Virus record (IMG/VR): IMGVR_UViG_3300021961_000134
Span: 1-54,241 of that record
DNA length: 54,241 bases
Direction: 5' to 3' (one strand)
Origin: a virus
Lineage: Duplodnaviria > Caudoviricetes
Each line of letters opens with the position of its first letter. The first letter of the stretch is position 1. Of this stretch, positions 29,155 to 38,298 are shown one piece after another. Position numbers and translations under genes: made by a program. The notes beneath the pieces are model-generated. The model was not told the origin of the DNA. It saw nothing but the letters and a program-made list of their open reading frames with translations, and did no database searches.

Positions 29155-29812
29155 TCGAGTCCTCCAGAACTTTTATTCTTTTTGAAAGATCTTTAATTGC
29201 CTCTAACAATAAAGGAATCAAAGATTGATATTTCACAGCCAAGTTTCCGTTTCCGTTTGTTTCAACAAGGAATGGAAGCATCTCCTGGACTTCCTGAGCA
29301 ATAACACCCAAATCAGTTTTACCGTCTTTTTGATCCCCTGTCTTCCACTCAAATATATATCCATTTAATTTTTCGAGGATGTCAACTGGATTCTCAATTA
29401 TTCTTATGTTATCTTTAAGGTTTCTATCTGAGGAATAATTAGCTTCAACGTCTCCTGTTGCAAACAAGTTACGTACATGAGTGTTACCAAATTGATAAGC
29501 TGCGGATCCTAAATCATATGAATTATTAGAAGTAGGAATTATATTAGAAGATAGTCCTAAAGATGTAGCTACTGATACAGTACCACCCCTAATAGCATCT
29601 ACAGCAGTAAATGTGTTAGCTGAAAATACACCTTCAACATGACCATTACCTGTTGTGGTAGTATGGTTAGTTGAGTTAGGCTGAGCGACAGCTCCTACTG
29701 TAACAATGATTGTACCAGCATCATAAACTAGCTGGTTAGTTCTAACTCTCCATTCGTCAAATGTATCAGTCGAAGCTATTACATTTGCGCCTAGGTATGT
29801 AGTTTTGGCCAT
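29144..29812 (-). CDS. Tail fibre protein with a C-terminal intramolecular chaperone (peptidase S74) domain
   Basis: Autocleavage motif YSSDRNLKDNI, followed by LNGYIFEWK, GVIAQEV and YQSLIPLLLEAIKDL. The N-terminal DTFDEWRVRTNQL motif is typical of T4-like fibre proteins. Confidence 0.85.
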   Translation of the reverse strand: MAKTTYLGANVIASTDTFDEWRVRTNQLVYDAGTIIVTVGAVAQPNSTNHTTTTGNGHVEGVFSANTFTAVDAIRGGTVSVATSLGLSSNIIPTSNNSYDLGSAAYQFGNTHVRNLFATGDVEANYSSDRNLKDNIRIIENPVDILEKLNGYIFEWKTGDQKDGKTDLGVIAQEVQEMLPFLVETNGNGNLAVKYQSLIPLLLEAIKDLSKRIKVLEDSNGS

Positions 29813-29813
29813 A

Positions 29814-30023
29814 TCATCCTCGAGATAAACTTAGCAACATATTTTTAATTTCTGCAATGTCTGACTTTAATTGCTCAACATCATTATATATTTGTTTAGC
29901 TTTTTTTGCTTCTTCACGTTGAGCTTTATAAAGTCTAAATGCTTCTACGTCTCTATTTATAAGAGCCATGTTGCTAAGATCTCGAACGTATTGTTCTTTT
30001 TCAGTTACAAATCTTTGTGACAT
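29814..30023 (-). CDS. Small coiled-coil hypothetical protein
   Basis: YVRDLSNMALINRD...LKSDIAEIKNML, a small ORF type I recognise downstream of the large structural gene in T4-like phages. Confidence 0.75.
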   Translation of the reverse strand: MSQRFVTEKEQYVRDLSNMALINRDVEAFRLYKAQREEAKKAKQIYNDVEQLKSDIAEIKNMLLSLSRG

Positions 30024-30024
30024 A

Positions 30025-33000
30025 TTAGATACTCAATGCAATTGCTCTATAGTTATCAACTCTTGGTACCAGCGCTTTATCTGTTGCTAGCATTACTATT
30101 TTAACTTGATAATATTTAAACGTATCAAATTTAATAGTATCTGAGTTATAATATGTAGCAATATAATCATTTTGAGGATCTTTAAACAATGTTTGTTTTT
30201 GAGTTACCTTTTCTAACGAACATTGAGAATTTGTAAAAGATAAGCTGTTACCAAGTGTAATTGTTGTACCAGATATAGATGTAATAGCCTCTATTTGATA
30301 ATCGGACAATCTACTTGTATTGACTACTTTAAGTAGATCGCCAACTGCTAAATCTCCAGCAGTATCATGATCCACTGTGCTTGTAACTGTAGCACTGCCT
30401 GAAGTTACAGTAGCATACCCATCCAACGAGCTTGTCGGAGGTGTTTGAGGTATTCTATATTCATACTCTCTATAATCCACTCTGTTATATGGATTAGTAA
30501 ACGAATCATCCCCTTGCAATTCTAACTTTGTCCATTGTCTATCAATAAAGCTATCCGATTCAAGAGCATTCGATCCTTTGATGAATACTTCCAATTGTGA
30601 CCCAGGAGGCTTTGTAGAAGTAACGTACAATCTCATATCTTCTGCATCTAATTCAGAATCTAGAGTAACTACTTTAGAAACATACTTAGCATCAGCTGAA
30701 CCTTGACCTGGCAGATATTCATTGGTACTATCATTATTAATAATATTATGATATCTTACTATACCCATTGTACTTGCATCTATAACAGGAGATACAATTC
30801 TATTTCCTGTAGTGAGAGTAAATGATGGTCTGAAAGATTTACCAGATACAATCTGATTAGATTTACTATTCAATTTACCAGCTGTTGATAAATAGTTTCT
30901 ATTATTCATCGGATACCCTGTACTAGCTATACTTCCAGAAGCTGTGTTAACTGTAGCAGCTTGCGACAGTAAAGTTTCGTTAGGAGTAAACGAATATATT
31001 AGATTTTCAAATGAAGTTATATCAACATTTTCTACTGCATTTATAGTACAATTTGCTCCAGACCTAGATCCAATAACTTGGTTACCAGATGCAAATTTAA
31101 ACGTAGTATTAGATGCTGTAGAATCGATAAGGAACAAATCATTGTTCGCAGATGTATTCTCAAAGAAAACTACCTTACCTACTGGCGTCTTTTGTATGTT
31201 AGCTGTAGTATCTGTAAACTTTGGATATCCTCTAACCTTCAAACTTGTATTGTTGGCTATGGCAATAACTTGTCTGATATCATGAGATGTTCCATTAGTA
31301 AGAGCGATAGTATCGCCAACTACTAATTCAGAACTAAATGAAGTTCCAGTACCTGTAATAAAGTTATTACTTGTAGAAAATGATACTGTGCCAGTTACAT
31401 TGGCAGAGTTATTATAGACAAAAGCCAATTCTCCAGTTTCGAACCTACCGTTGATATTAGCCATATCAATAAACTCATAATCTTTTTCAACAAACTCAGC
31501 AGTTCCACTTTCACTGGAAAATTCTGCCCTGTATAAAATGAATTTTAAATCTTCATCAATTACTGGTTTCCATGCAGTGTTATTCGTTGATAAGAATAGA
31601 CTACCTAGGAAGTTATCATTGATGTTAGGTACATTTGTTCTTAGATCATTCTCACCAGTTTTTCTGACAAATACATTATAGTTAGGGTTATTACCATCAG
31701 GTAAAAGAACTACACAAAATTCTTTTTCTGTAGGTAAGTATACTGGAGCGTCAAATGTTACTGTTGTAGCCACAGATCCATTAGTACTAAGATTTACTTG
31801 ACTAGAAGCTAAGTGAATCTGCGCATATGGCAGTATGTTTGGTGCAGGGTATCCGTTGTTTACTTCTCTTAGTTCTACTGTTATACCTAATCTCGGATCT
31901 CTGGTTTCAAAGAATAGATCCATTTTAGTAACAAAAACTCCAGAAGCTATTTCATTCTTAGCTAAGTTAACTCTAAACGTCTGCGATAGCGGATCACCAT
32001 TGCTATTGCCACCATCACTTTCTTGTGCGGGAGGCTCATTCCATCGACGTGTAGTTATGCTCTTTAACGAAGTTTTTTGAGACGTAGAGGTTTCTGAAAC
32101 AACCCTTTGACCTGTATTAACAACGTTTTGTTTTGCCTTTATTTCTTTAGTAGTTAAAGTAACTGCGGATTTGGTAACACCAAAGTTGTATGCACTGAAA
32201 TCTTGTGTACAAAATGATCTACTAGCATCAATATTGGTATAGAGATTCTTTTCAGAAACTAAAACTTGTCTATCACCAACTTTGTATGTTTGTGCAGGAA
32301 TGTATAATTTGAAGAAACATTCCCCTGAAGAGTTGGTAATAATAGAACCACCTCTAACTCCTCTATCAGCAAAACTTCCTTGCTGTACCTGTTCACCGGC
32401 TTCAATAGCACATGGTGTTACATAACTGCTGTGATCCTTTTCATCAAAATAAACATAGTGTCTTGTATCTGGTTTTAACCCGTAACAATATACTTCTATT
32501 TCTTGCTCTCTAATATAAGGAGAGGAAGTCAAATCGGTCACAAATGAACCAACAGGAATAGTATTTTCTACTTCGTCGTAAGTTATTTGAGTAATACTAT
32601 CTTGAATTAAATCAGTTCTCGTATCGCTATAAGTTTCTACTGTCACCTCATCTGCATTTTCTTGCAGATCAAAACCGCTTCCAGAAGTTGCTCTTACAGT
32701 TCTACGATTAGTTATACTGGTAGATGTTCCTAATAGCACTGAGTCATATGTAGAACTTAAAACTTCAGATTTAGGTCTTTGAATAGCCTCTATTTGATTA
32801 AGCTCACTTATAAGAGCTTTTGTACTAGCTCCAAGATCTAAACCGACATTTATTGCTTTATCTGGAGGAGTTTTAACGTCAAAGTAGTTATCATAGTCTG
32901 GAAGAAGTACACAAGTACCTGACCATTTCCAGAAAAATTCTGCACAGTTTCTTGTTCTTGTAGCTCCAGTTTGAGACTTAAACTCTACATGATTGTAAGG

Positions 33001-36000
33001 TAATGTTATTAGGTTACCAGTTTTGACTGTGTTAGTAAGTGTTGAACTTTGCAAATCAATATTGAATTGTCTGTTTCTAGGAGTCAACTGGTTGAACCCT
33101 ACATCTCTACCAGCTTTGAATTCTCTATCAATCAACGAACCAACGTTGAAGTTTTTAAAATTGTCAACCAAAATACCGTTTTTAAATCTGTTTTTGGTAG
33201 CATCTGCAGATGATGGAATTTGTAAATCAGCAGCTTGCTTTTCTAACAAGTTTAAAGAAGTGTAATATTCTATTCTTTGGATTCTTTTATCTACAGCTTT
33301 AATATCTTTCATAGTATATCTTACCAATTGTTTATTGGTAATAGTAACTTGATAATCTGGTCTTCCTGCCTGTTTTGCTCCTGTTGTCGACAACGTTGGA
33401 TAAGGAGCAACAGATATTACAGCCATATCCATACCATCCTCTGGTACTCTAGGAGGATTTGGCTCTGCTTCTGAAATACCTTCAACTATTGTAAGTTTAC
33501 CTTTTTTACTCATATATAAAGCATCAATTCTAGGTAAGTAATACTGATAATCTATATTATTAGTTTTATTTGGAGTAGATAAGTATTGTTCACCAGAAAA
33601 TGATATTGTAGTTCCTGGATTGGTTGTTGCTGATGCAGCAGAAGTTGCATATGTAGCAGTTGCTGTTGCATATGGTCTAAAGTCAATACTATCTCTCAAA
33701 TCATATGCTTCACCTAAGGTTGGTGAAACATATGTAGGAATTTGTTGTGTTGTTATAGCATTAACAGGTGTAGGTATTGTAGCATCATCAACAGGATAAC
33801 TATCTACACTGAAGTAGCCTAGACCTGAAGACCCAGATGTAGTGAAAGGTCTTACAACAACTAAAATTTTGTCAGAAGCACCTATTGTTAAAGTAGAAGT
33901 TGATTTAAGTTTTAATTGTGATAGACCATAAAACCCATCTTGTTGATTGTTAATTAACTGGAAATTACTAGTTTTGTCATAGGTTGTACCTTCTATTCCA
34001 GTAAAGGTAGTATGAACATAAACTTTTTGAATATCAAATACATCTGGTAAACCTAAAGACCAAGGTCCTGAAGAAGTAGCAGCATTATTACTACAATCAA
34101 TCTTTACGTAAGTATTAGCACCTAAGGTCTTAGTTTTTTGTTGAGCTTGAGTTTGTTTAACATTGAAATATACATTAACGTCTAGTGTACTTTCAAGAGT
34201 TTGACCTCTTGATGCGTTAATAGTAAGAATCTTTTGTGTTGACGAAACTTCAGCATTAGATGCAGCAGAATCAAATAAGTTTATTGGAACATCAGCTGGG
34301 AAATATCTTCTATGAGCAGCTCCAGATACCGAAGATCCAAAGTCTGTTGCAACAGTTAAATGTGTTGTGTTGGTAATACCAGTTATTCTTTGTTCACCAT
34401 TAGTAGCTCCAGCAACCTTAATCCAATCACCAACAACATATTCTGATGTAAAATCAGATGTCGAACCAGTTACTGTATTTGCACCTGAGGATACTGTTAC
34501 AGTACCTGTCAAAGGTTGAGTTTGAGCAGTTGCATTACCTGTAACTATTATAAGTTCTCTTTCTTGTTCTTCTGAAAGATAACCGCTAGCTGTATAATCA
34601 AACACACGGGTACCAGTTAATGTAACGGTACCAGACCCGTTGGCTTGCAATGTTGTTGTATTACTAGTCCTATAAAAATATGTTGCTTGTGAAGTAGATT
34701 TGTGGTCAAGAGTTTTAATGGCTTTTTGACCAATTCTATTAATAAAGACTTTGTTGTTTGTTTCCTTGAGAACAGCTTTACTGTTTTCTAAAACGATATC
34801 AGCAATACCTTCACCATTGTATGCGATTGCTTTAGCATCAGCGAAGTTTTTACCAGCATTCATTTTTACATTAAACAGATACATTCTATATTTACCTGCT
34901 GGTGTTCCAGGCGTTCCACTTTCGTATCTTATAGATCTTATGTTAGCTGTACCTACAATTGCTCCAGTATACGAAGGACTTGTACCTGAAAAATGGGTAG
35001 AGTTAGCTGCTGAAGGAACTGTAGGATCTGATCCAGCAGGAGTAGTTGATATTCTATTCGTTGCTGTACCTAATATCTTTACTTCTACAGCTGTGTTAAA
35101 TGGTATTGTGCCCAACATTTCATCGACAAAAACATAATTACCTATTGTTTGTGAAATGCTTCCTGAATCGACATTTGCGTAATCATTACCTTTTCTTATT
35201 GGCACAGTTGATGTGCCTATTGTTTGGTTTCTGTAACCTTTTACATAAGCAATACCAGCTCCAACTTTAATGTCAAGATATGTAGTGTTACCCTCTTTTG
35301 TTTCACTGTTTAAAGAGAATAACTTTGTTACATAATCTCCGCTCTCTTCATATGTTCTTTGAGCCATTGCGTCACCAATCTTACTGTATTCAGTAGTTGG
35401 CTTAATTTCAACAGGAAATCCATTTTCATATCTAACAATAGTAAAGAAGTTATTTGATACTGAAGCGTTTGTAGTAGTATTCGATACTAACACAGGTGTC
35501 AATTTTAATCTATCTGCACCTGGAGCATTTTCGTTATTGAATCCTGAAGCATTGTCAAGAAGCGAAGTATCTTTTGAATAATCTACTAATGCTTCCTCAG
35601 TAATAAAACCTACAGAATAACCATTAGGGACAGCATCATAATCTTTAACAATTACTCTCTGTGAGTTGACACGTATAAAATGCCCTTTTTGGTATATAAT
35701 ACCATCGGAAATTTTTAGAGTTGCAACTGAACCTACTACGTTAAACAACGTGTTACCAGTTTCAAAAGAATTATTAGCAACTGTAAAAGATGCAGATGAA
35801 TTTATTTGAGCTATAATGTTTGCACTAGAACCAGTTGATGTAACTACATTTATAACCGGTACACCATCCCATCTATATCGACTTCCTGCAGATATTAAAT
35901 TAACTGCAGTAATACCTCCTGTTGTATTAGTCGTAACATTAGCTGATGCGCCCGTTCCACTGTCACTAATAAATTGAAGCAAATCTCCGTTTGTGTAACC

Positions 36001-36504
36001 CAACCCTCCTGAAGAAATAGTAAACGTATTTGAAATCTGTCCGTTTGCTGGATAAAATTTCAAAGTTTTACCTTGTTCAAAGGTATCAATAGTATTATTA
36101 CCAGAATTAATATAACTACCAACAATTGTTTGAAGATTAGGATTAGTTACTTCAAATCCAGCTTTAGATAAAGTTACTTGGAACGTAAGATTGGAAGATG
36201 CATCTACAAAAAAACCATTTGAATAATCAGAAACAGTAAACGTGTTACCAGAAGTATCTCTATCAGATAATTTTACATATTGTAAGGTATCAAACATAAA
36301 CGTACAACCACTTATGATTGATCCTGATTTAATAATGTTGTCTCCAAATCGTTCAATTTGGGTCTGTAAAATAGTCTGTAACTGAGTTAGCTCTCTAGCT
36401 TGTACAGGAACAGAGGGTTTAAAGAGAACCCGATGAAAGTTCTTAGTTTCATCAAAGTCATCAAAATAAGGACTTGTATTTAAGTTAGTATCAATAGATG
36501 ACAT
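30025..36504 (-). CDS. Large virion structural protein (DUF4815/VrlC-like)
   Basis: LNTSPYFDDFD..KNFHRVLFKP..PVQARELTQLQTILQ, NENAPGADRLK, RTYEESGDY, YDLRDSIDFRP, RFKNGILVDNF and DPLSQTF. Confidence 0.88.
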   Translation of the reverse strand: MSSIDTNLNTSPYFDDFDETKNFHRVLFKPSVPVQARELTQLQTILQTQIERFGDNIIKSGSIISGCTFMFDTLQYVKLSDRDTSGNTFTVSDYSNGFFVDASSNLTFQVTLSKAGFEVTNPNLQTIVGSYINSGNNTIDTFEQGKTLKFYPANGQISNTFTISSGGLGYTNGDLLQFISDSGTGASANVTTNTTGGITAVNLISAGSRYRWDGVPVINVVTSTGSSANIIAQINSSASFTVANNSFETGNTLFNVVGSVATLKISDGIIYQKGHFIRVNSQRVIVKDYDAVPNGYSVGFITEEALVDYSKDTSLLDNASGFNNENAPGADRLKLTPVLVSNTTTNASVSNNFFTIVRYENGFPVEIKPTTEYSKIGDAMAQRTYEESGDYVTKLFSLNSETKEGNTTYLDIKVGAGIAYVKGYRNQTIGTSTVPIRKGNDYANVDSGSISQTIGNYVFVDEMLGTIPFNTAVEVKILGTATNRISTTPAGSDPTVPSAANSTHFSGTSPSYTGAIVGTANIRSIRYESGTPGTPAGKYRMYLFNVKMNAGKNFADAKAIAYNGEGIADIVLENSKAVLKETNNKVFINRIGQKAIKTLDHKSTSQATYFYRTSNTTTLQANGSGTVTLTGTRVFDYTASGYLSEEQERELIIVTGNATAQTQPLTGTVTVSSGANTVTGSTSDFTSEYVVGDWIKVAGATNGEQRITGITNTTHLTVATDFGSSVSGAAHRRYFPADVPINLFDSAASNAEVSSTQKILTINASRGQTLESTLDVNVYFNVKQTQAQQKTKTLGANTYVKIDCSNNAATSSGPWSLGLPDVFDIQKVYVHTTFTGIEGTTYDKTSNFQLINNQQDGFYGLSQLKLKSTSTLTIGASDKILVVVRPFTTSGSSGLGYFSVDSYPVDDATIPTPVNAITTQQIPTYVSPTLGEAYDLRDSIDFRPYATATATYATSAASATTNPGTTISFSGEQYLSTPNKTNNIDYQYYLPRIDALYMSKKGKLTIVEGISEAEPNPPRVPEDGMDMAVISVAPYPTLSTTGAKQAGRPDYQVTITNKQLVRYTMKDIKAVDKRIQRIEYYTSLNLLEKQAADLQIPSSADATKNRFKNGILVDNFKNFNVGSLIDREFKAGRDVGFNQLTPRNRQFNIDLQSSTLTNTVKTGNLITLPYNHVEFKSQTGATRTRNCAEFFWKWSGTCVLLPDYDNYFDVKTPPDKAINVGLDLGASTKALISELNQIEAIQRPKSEVLSSTYDSVLLGTSTSITNRRTVRATSGSGFDLQENADEVTVETYSDTRTDLIQDSITQITYDEVENTIPVGSFVTDLTSSPYIREQEIEVYCYGLKPDTRHYVYFDEKDHSSYVTPCAIEAGEQVQQGSFADRGVRGGSIITNSSGECFFKLYIPAQTYKVGDRQVLVSEKNLYTNIDASRSFCTQDFSAYNFGVTKSAVTLTTKEIKAKQNVVNTGQRVVSETSTSQKTSLKSITTRRWNEPPAQESDGGNSNGDPLSQTFRVNLAKNEIASGVFVTKMDLFFETRDPRLGITVELREVNNGYPAPNILPYAQIHLASSQVNLSTNGSVATTVTFDAPVYLPTEKEFCVVLLPDGNNPNYNVFVRKTGENDLRTNVPNINDNFLGSLFLSTNNTAWKPVIDEDLKFILYRAEFSSESGTAEFVEKDYEFIDMANINGRFETGELAFVYNNSANVTGTVSFSTSNNFITGTGTSFSSELVVGDTIALTNGTSHDIRQVIAIANNTSLKVRGYPKFTDTTANIQKTPVGKVVFFENTSANNDLFLIDSTASNTTFKFASGNQVIGSRSGANCTINAVENVDITSFENLIYSFTPNETLLSQAATVNTASGSIASTGYPMNNRNYLSTAGKLNSKSNQIVSGKSFRPSFTLTTGNRIVSPVIDASTMGIVRYHNIINNDSTNEYLPGQGSADAKYVSKVVTLDSELDAEDMRLYVTSTKPPGSQLEVFIKGSNALESDSFIDRQWTKLELQGDDSFTNPYNRVDYREYEYRIPQTPPTSSLDGYATVTSGSATVTSTVDHDTAGDLAVGDLLKVVNTSRLSDYQIEAITSISGTTITLGNSLSFTNSQCSLEKVTQKQTLFKDPQNDYIATYYNSDTIKFDTFKYYQVKIVMLATDKALVPRVDNYRAIALSI

Positions 36505-36516
36505 CTTTTCCCTCTA

Positions 36517-38298
36517 TTAAAATTCAATAGTTAGTTTAACTGTTTCTGTTGTTGTGTTAGATCTCGACACTGCGTCTATATTTTTAATATATAGAATCTC
36601 TCCGCTACCATTAATTAAATCTGGTTTAATTACTGACTTGAATCTTACTGTTTCACCAGAATCTAAATGAGCTTCACCGACATTGTTGCCTTGAACAATG
36701 AACGTATCTGTAGTATCAAATGTTCCTTGAACATGAGTTAAAACAGTATGTGTTGTATTAGAGCTTAATACTCTACCCCTAGGATTATCTAAAGCGAGCT
36801 GGACAACGCTCTCATCTTCATTGAGAGGATTACCAGAAACTAACGTATGTTCAAATTTATATGTTTGAGTAAAGTAGTTTACATTAGATCTAGTATCATC
36901 AGAATTTATTAAAATACTAACTATGTTAGAAGTCGCACCAGATGAAGATCCTGTAACATTAGATGATGGATGAAAATGTCCAAGAACACTTGTCATCCTA
37001 ACAACAGTAGAATTTGCAAATGTGACTTTACCATATGCACCTGTAGGATGAGTAACAGTTTCGCCTACACTATAATCTGTAGTAGGGGAGTCAATAGTAA
37101 GCTGTACATTTGCATAAAGCGGATCTTTAATAATACCTACTGTTCTAAAATCATTATCAGTTGGTATATTTCCTAATTCTGTATTAGCAAAACTTGTAGA
37201 TATAGTAACATATTTACTATTAAGCTCTCTTATAGGATCAAATCCATGTCCTCCATATGGACCTATTACAGCTCTGAAAGAAGCCATATTTGCTGTTGCC
37301 ATATTATTAGATTCAATGTATACATCAGTATGTGTGTATCCACTACCTCTTGAGAGTATCTGAACATTGGCAATTGTATTGGTTGACGTATCTATAATAG
37401 GTCTAGCTGAGGCGTTTGTTCCGTCTCCAACTATTCTCAATGTAGGCGATATTTCGAAATAATTTGAGGTATCAGGTACACCGCTAAAAGGACTGTACAG
37501 TGTTAAGAATTTACCTGCTGAGTTGCTAGTATATGATTGTATCTTTTGTATTTCGCCAGCAAGTCCTCCAGACGTAATATAAACAGAACAGTTTTTATAA
37601 AAATCATTGTTGCCAGAAAACCCAGTACCTGTTATCTTAACAAATGTGGTATTACTATCACCATCTGGAGAAAACTGTCCTGTCACATATTCATTATAAT
37701 TGTTACCACTATTAAGAACAATATATCTATCTAATGATCCACTAACCGCATTAGATACTGCGTTTTGATGTGTAATTATAGGAACAAAGGTATTTGAAGA
37801 AAACTTATCATATTGTATACTTGGAATAGTATACATAAATCTCCATTGATAACCATCAGCTGCGGACTTGATATACAGCTCATCTAACGTTGATGAAACG
37901 TCTGTATACAAGGGCTGAGAGTTTGAAGCTGTGTTACTGTTATTATCTATACATTTCCACACATGACGTTCGCTGCCTTCAGTCGTTACGACATAGTAAT
38001 TTTTAGTATCCAATGTTGTATCATAATCATCATATGGTGTATATATTGTACCATTGGCCCATTCGATTGAGGGAATAGAATGGGAAACGTCGTTTGCTGT
38101 AACATGCTTACCAAATATCATATTGATATATTGATAATTTACCTCTTTATAAGAGTCAGTTGGTGTTGCAGGCCAATTACCGTATTCTTCATGTCCTGCA
38201 GCATAAACATAGTATAACGTATTGGATTGCTCGCTGACTGACTCAACGAACTGCCTAGCAAAGTGTGAATGTGCATCTCTTAATAGTTTTTGCGTCAT
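36517..38298 (-). CDS. gp8: Baseplate wedge subunit gp8
   Basis: YYVVT...VWKCIDNN, DGYQWRFMYTI, GGHGFDPIREL, NDFRTVGIIKDP and SGEILYI...ETVKLTIEF. Confidence 0.88.
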   Translation of the reverse strand: MTQKLLRDAHSHFARQFVESVSEQSNTLYYVYAAGHEEYGNWPATPTDSYKEVNYQYINMIFGKHVTANDVSHSIPSIEWANGTIYTPYDDYDTTLDTKNYYVVTTEGSERHVWKCIDNNSNTASNSQPLYTDVSSTLDELYIKSAADGYQWRFMYTIPSIQYDKFSSNTFVPIITHQNAVSNAVSGSLDRYIVLNSGNNYNEYVTGQFSPDGDSNTTFVKITGTGFSGNNDFYKNCSVYITSGGLAGEIQKIQSYTSNSAGKFLTLYSPFSGVPDTSNYFEISPTLRIVGDGTNASARPIIDTSTNTIANVQILSRGSGYTHTDVYIESNNMATANMASFRAVIGPYGGHGFDPIRELNSKYVTISTSFANTELGNIPTDNDFRTVGIIKDPLYANVQLTIDSPTTDYSVGETVTHPTGAYGKVTFANSTVVRMTSVLGHFHPSSNVTGSSSGATSNIVSILINSDDTRSNVNYFTQTYKFEHTLVSGNPLNEDESVVQLALDNPRGRVLSSNTTHTVLTHVQGTFDTTDTFIVQGNNVGEAHLDSGETVRFKSVIKPDLINGSGEILYIKNIDAVSRSNTTTETVKLTIEF

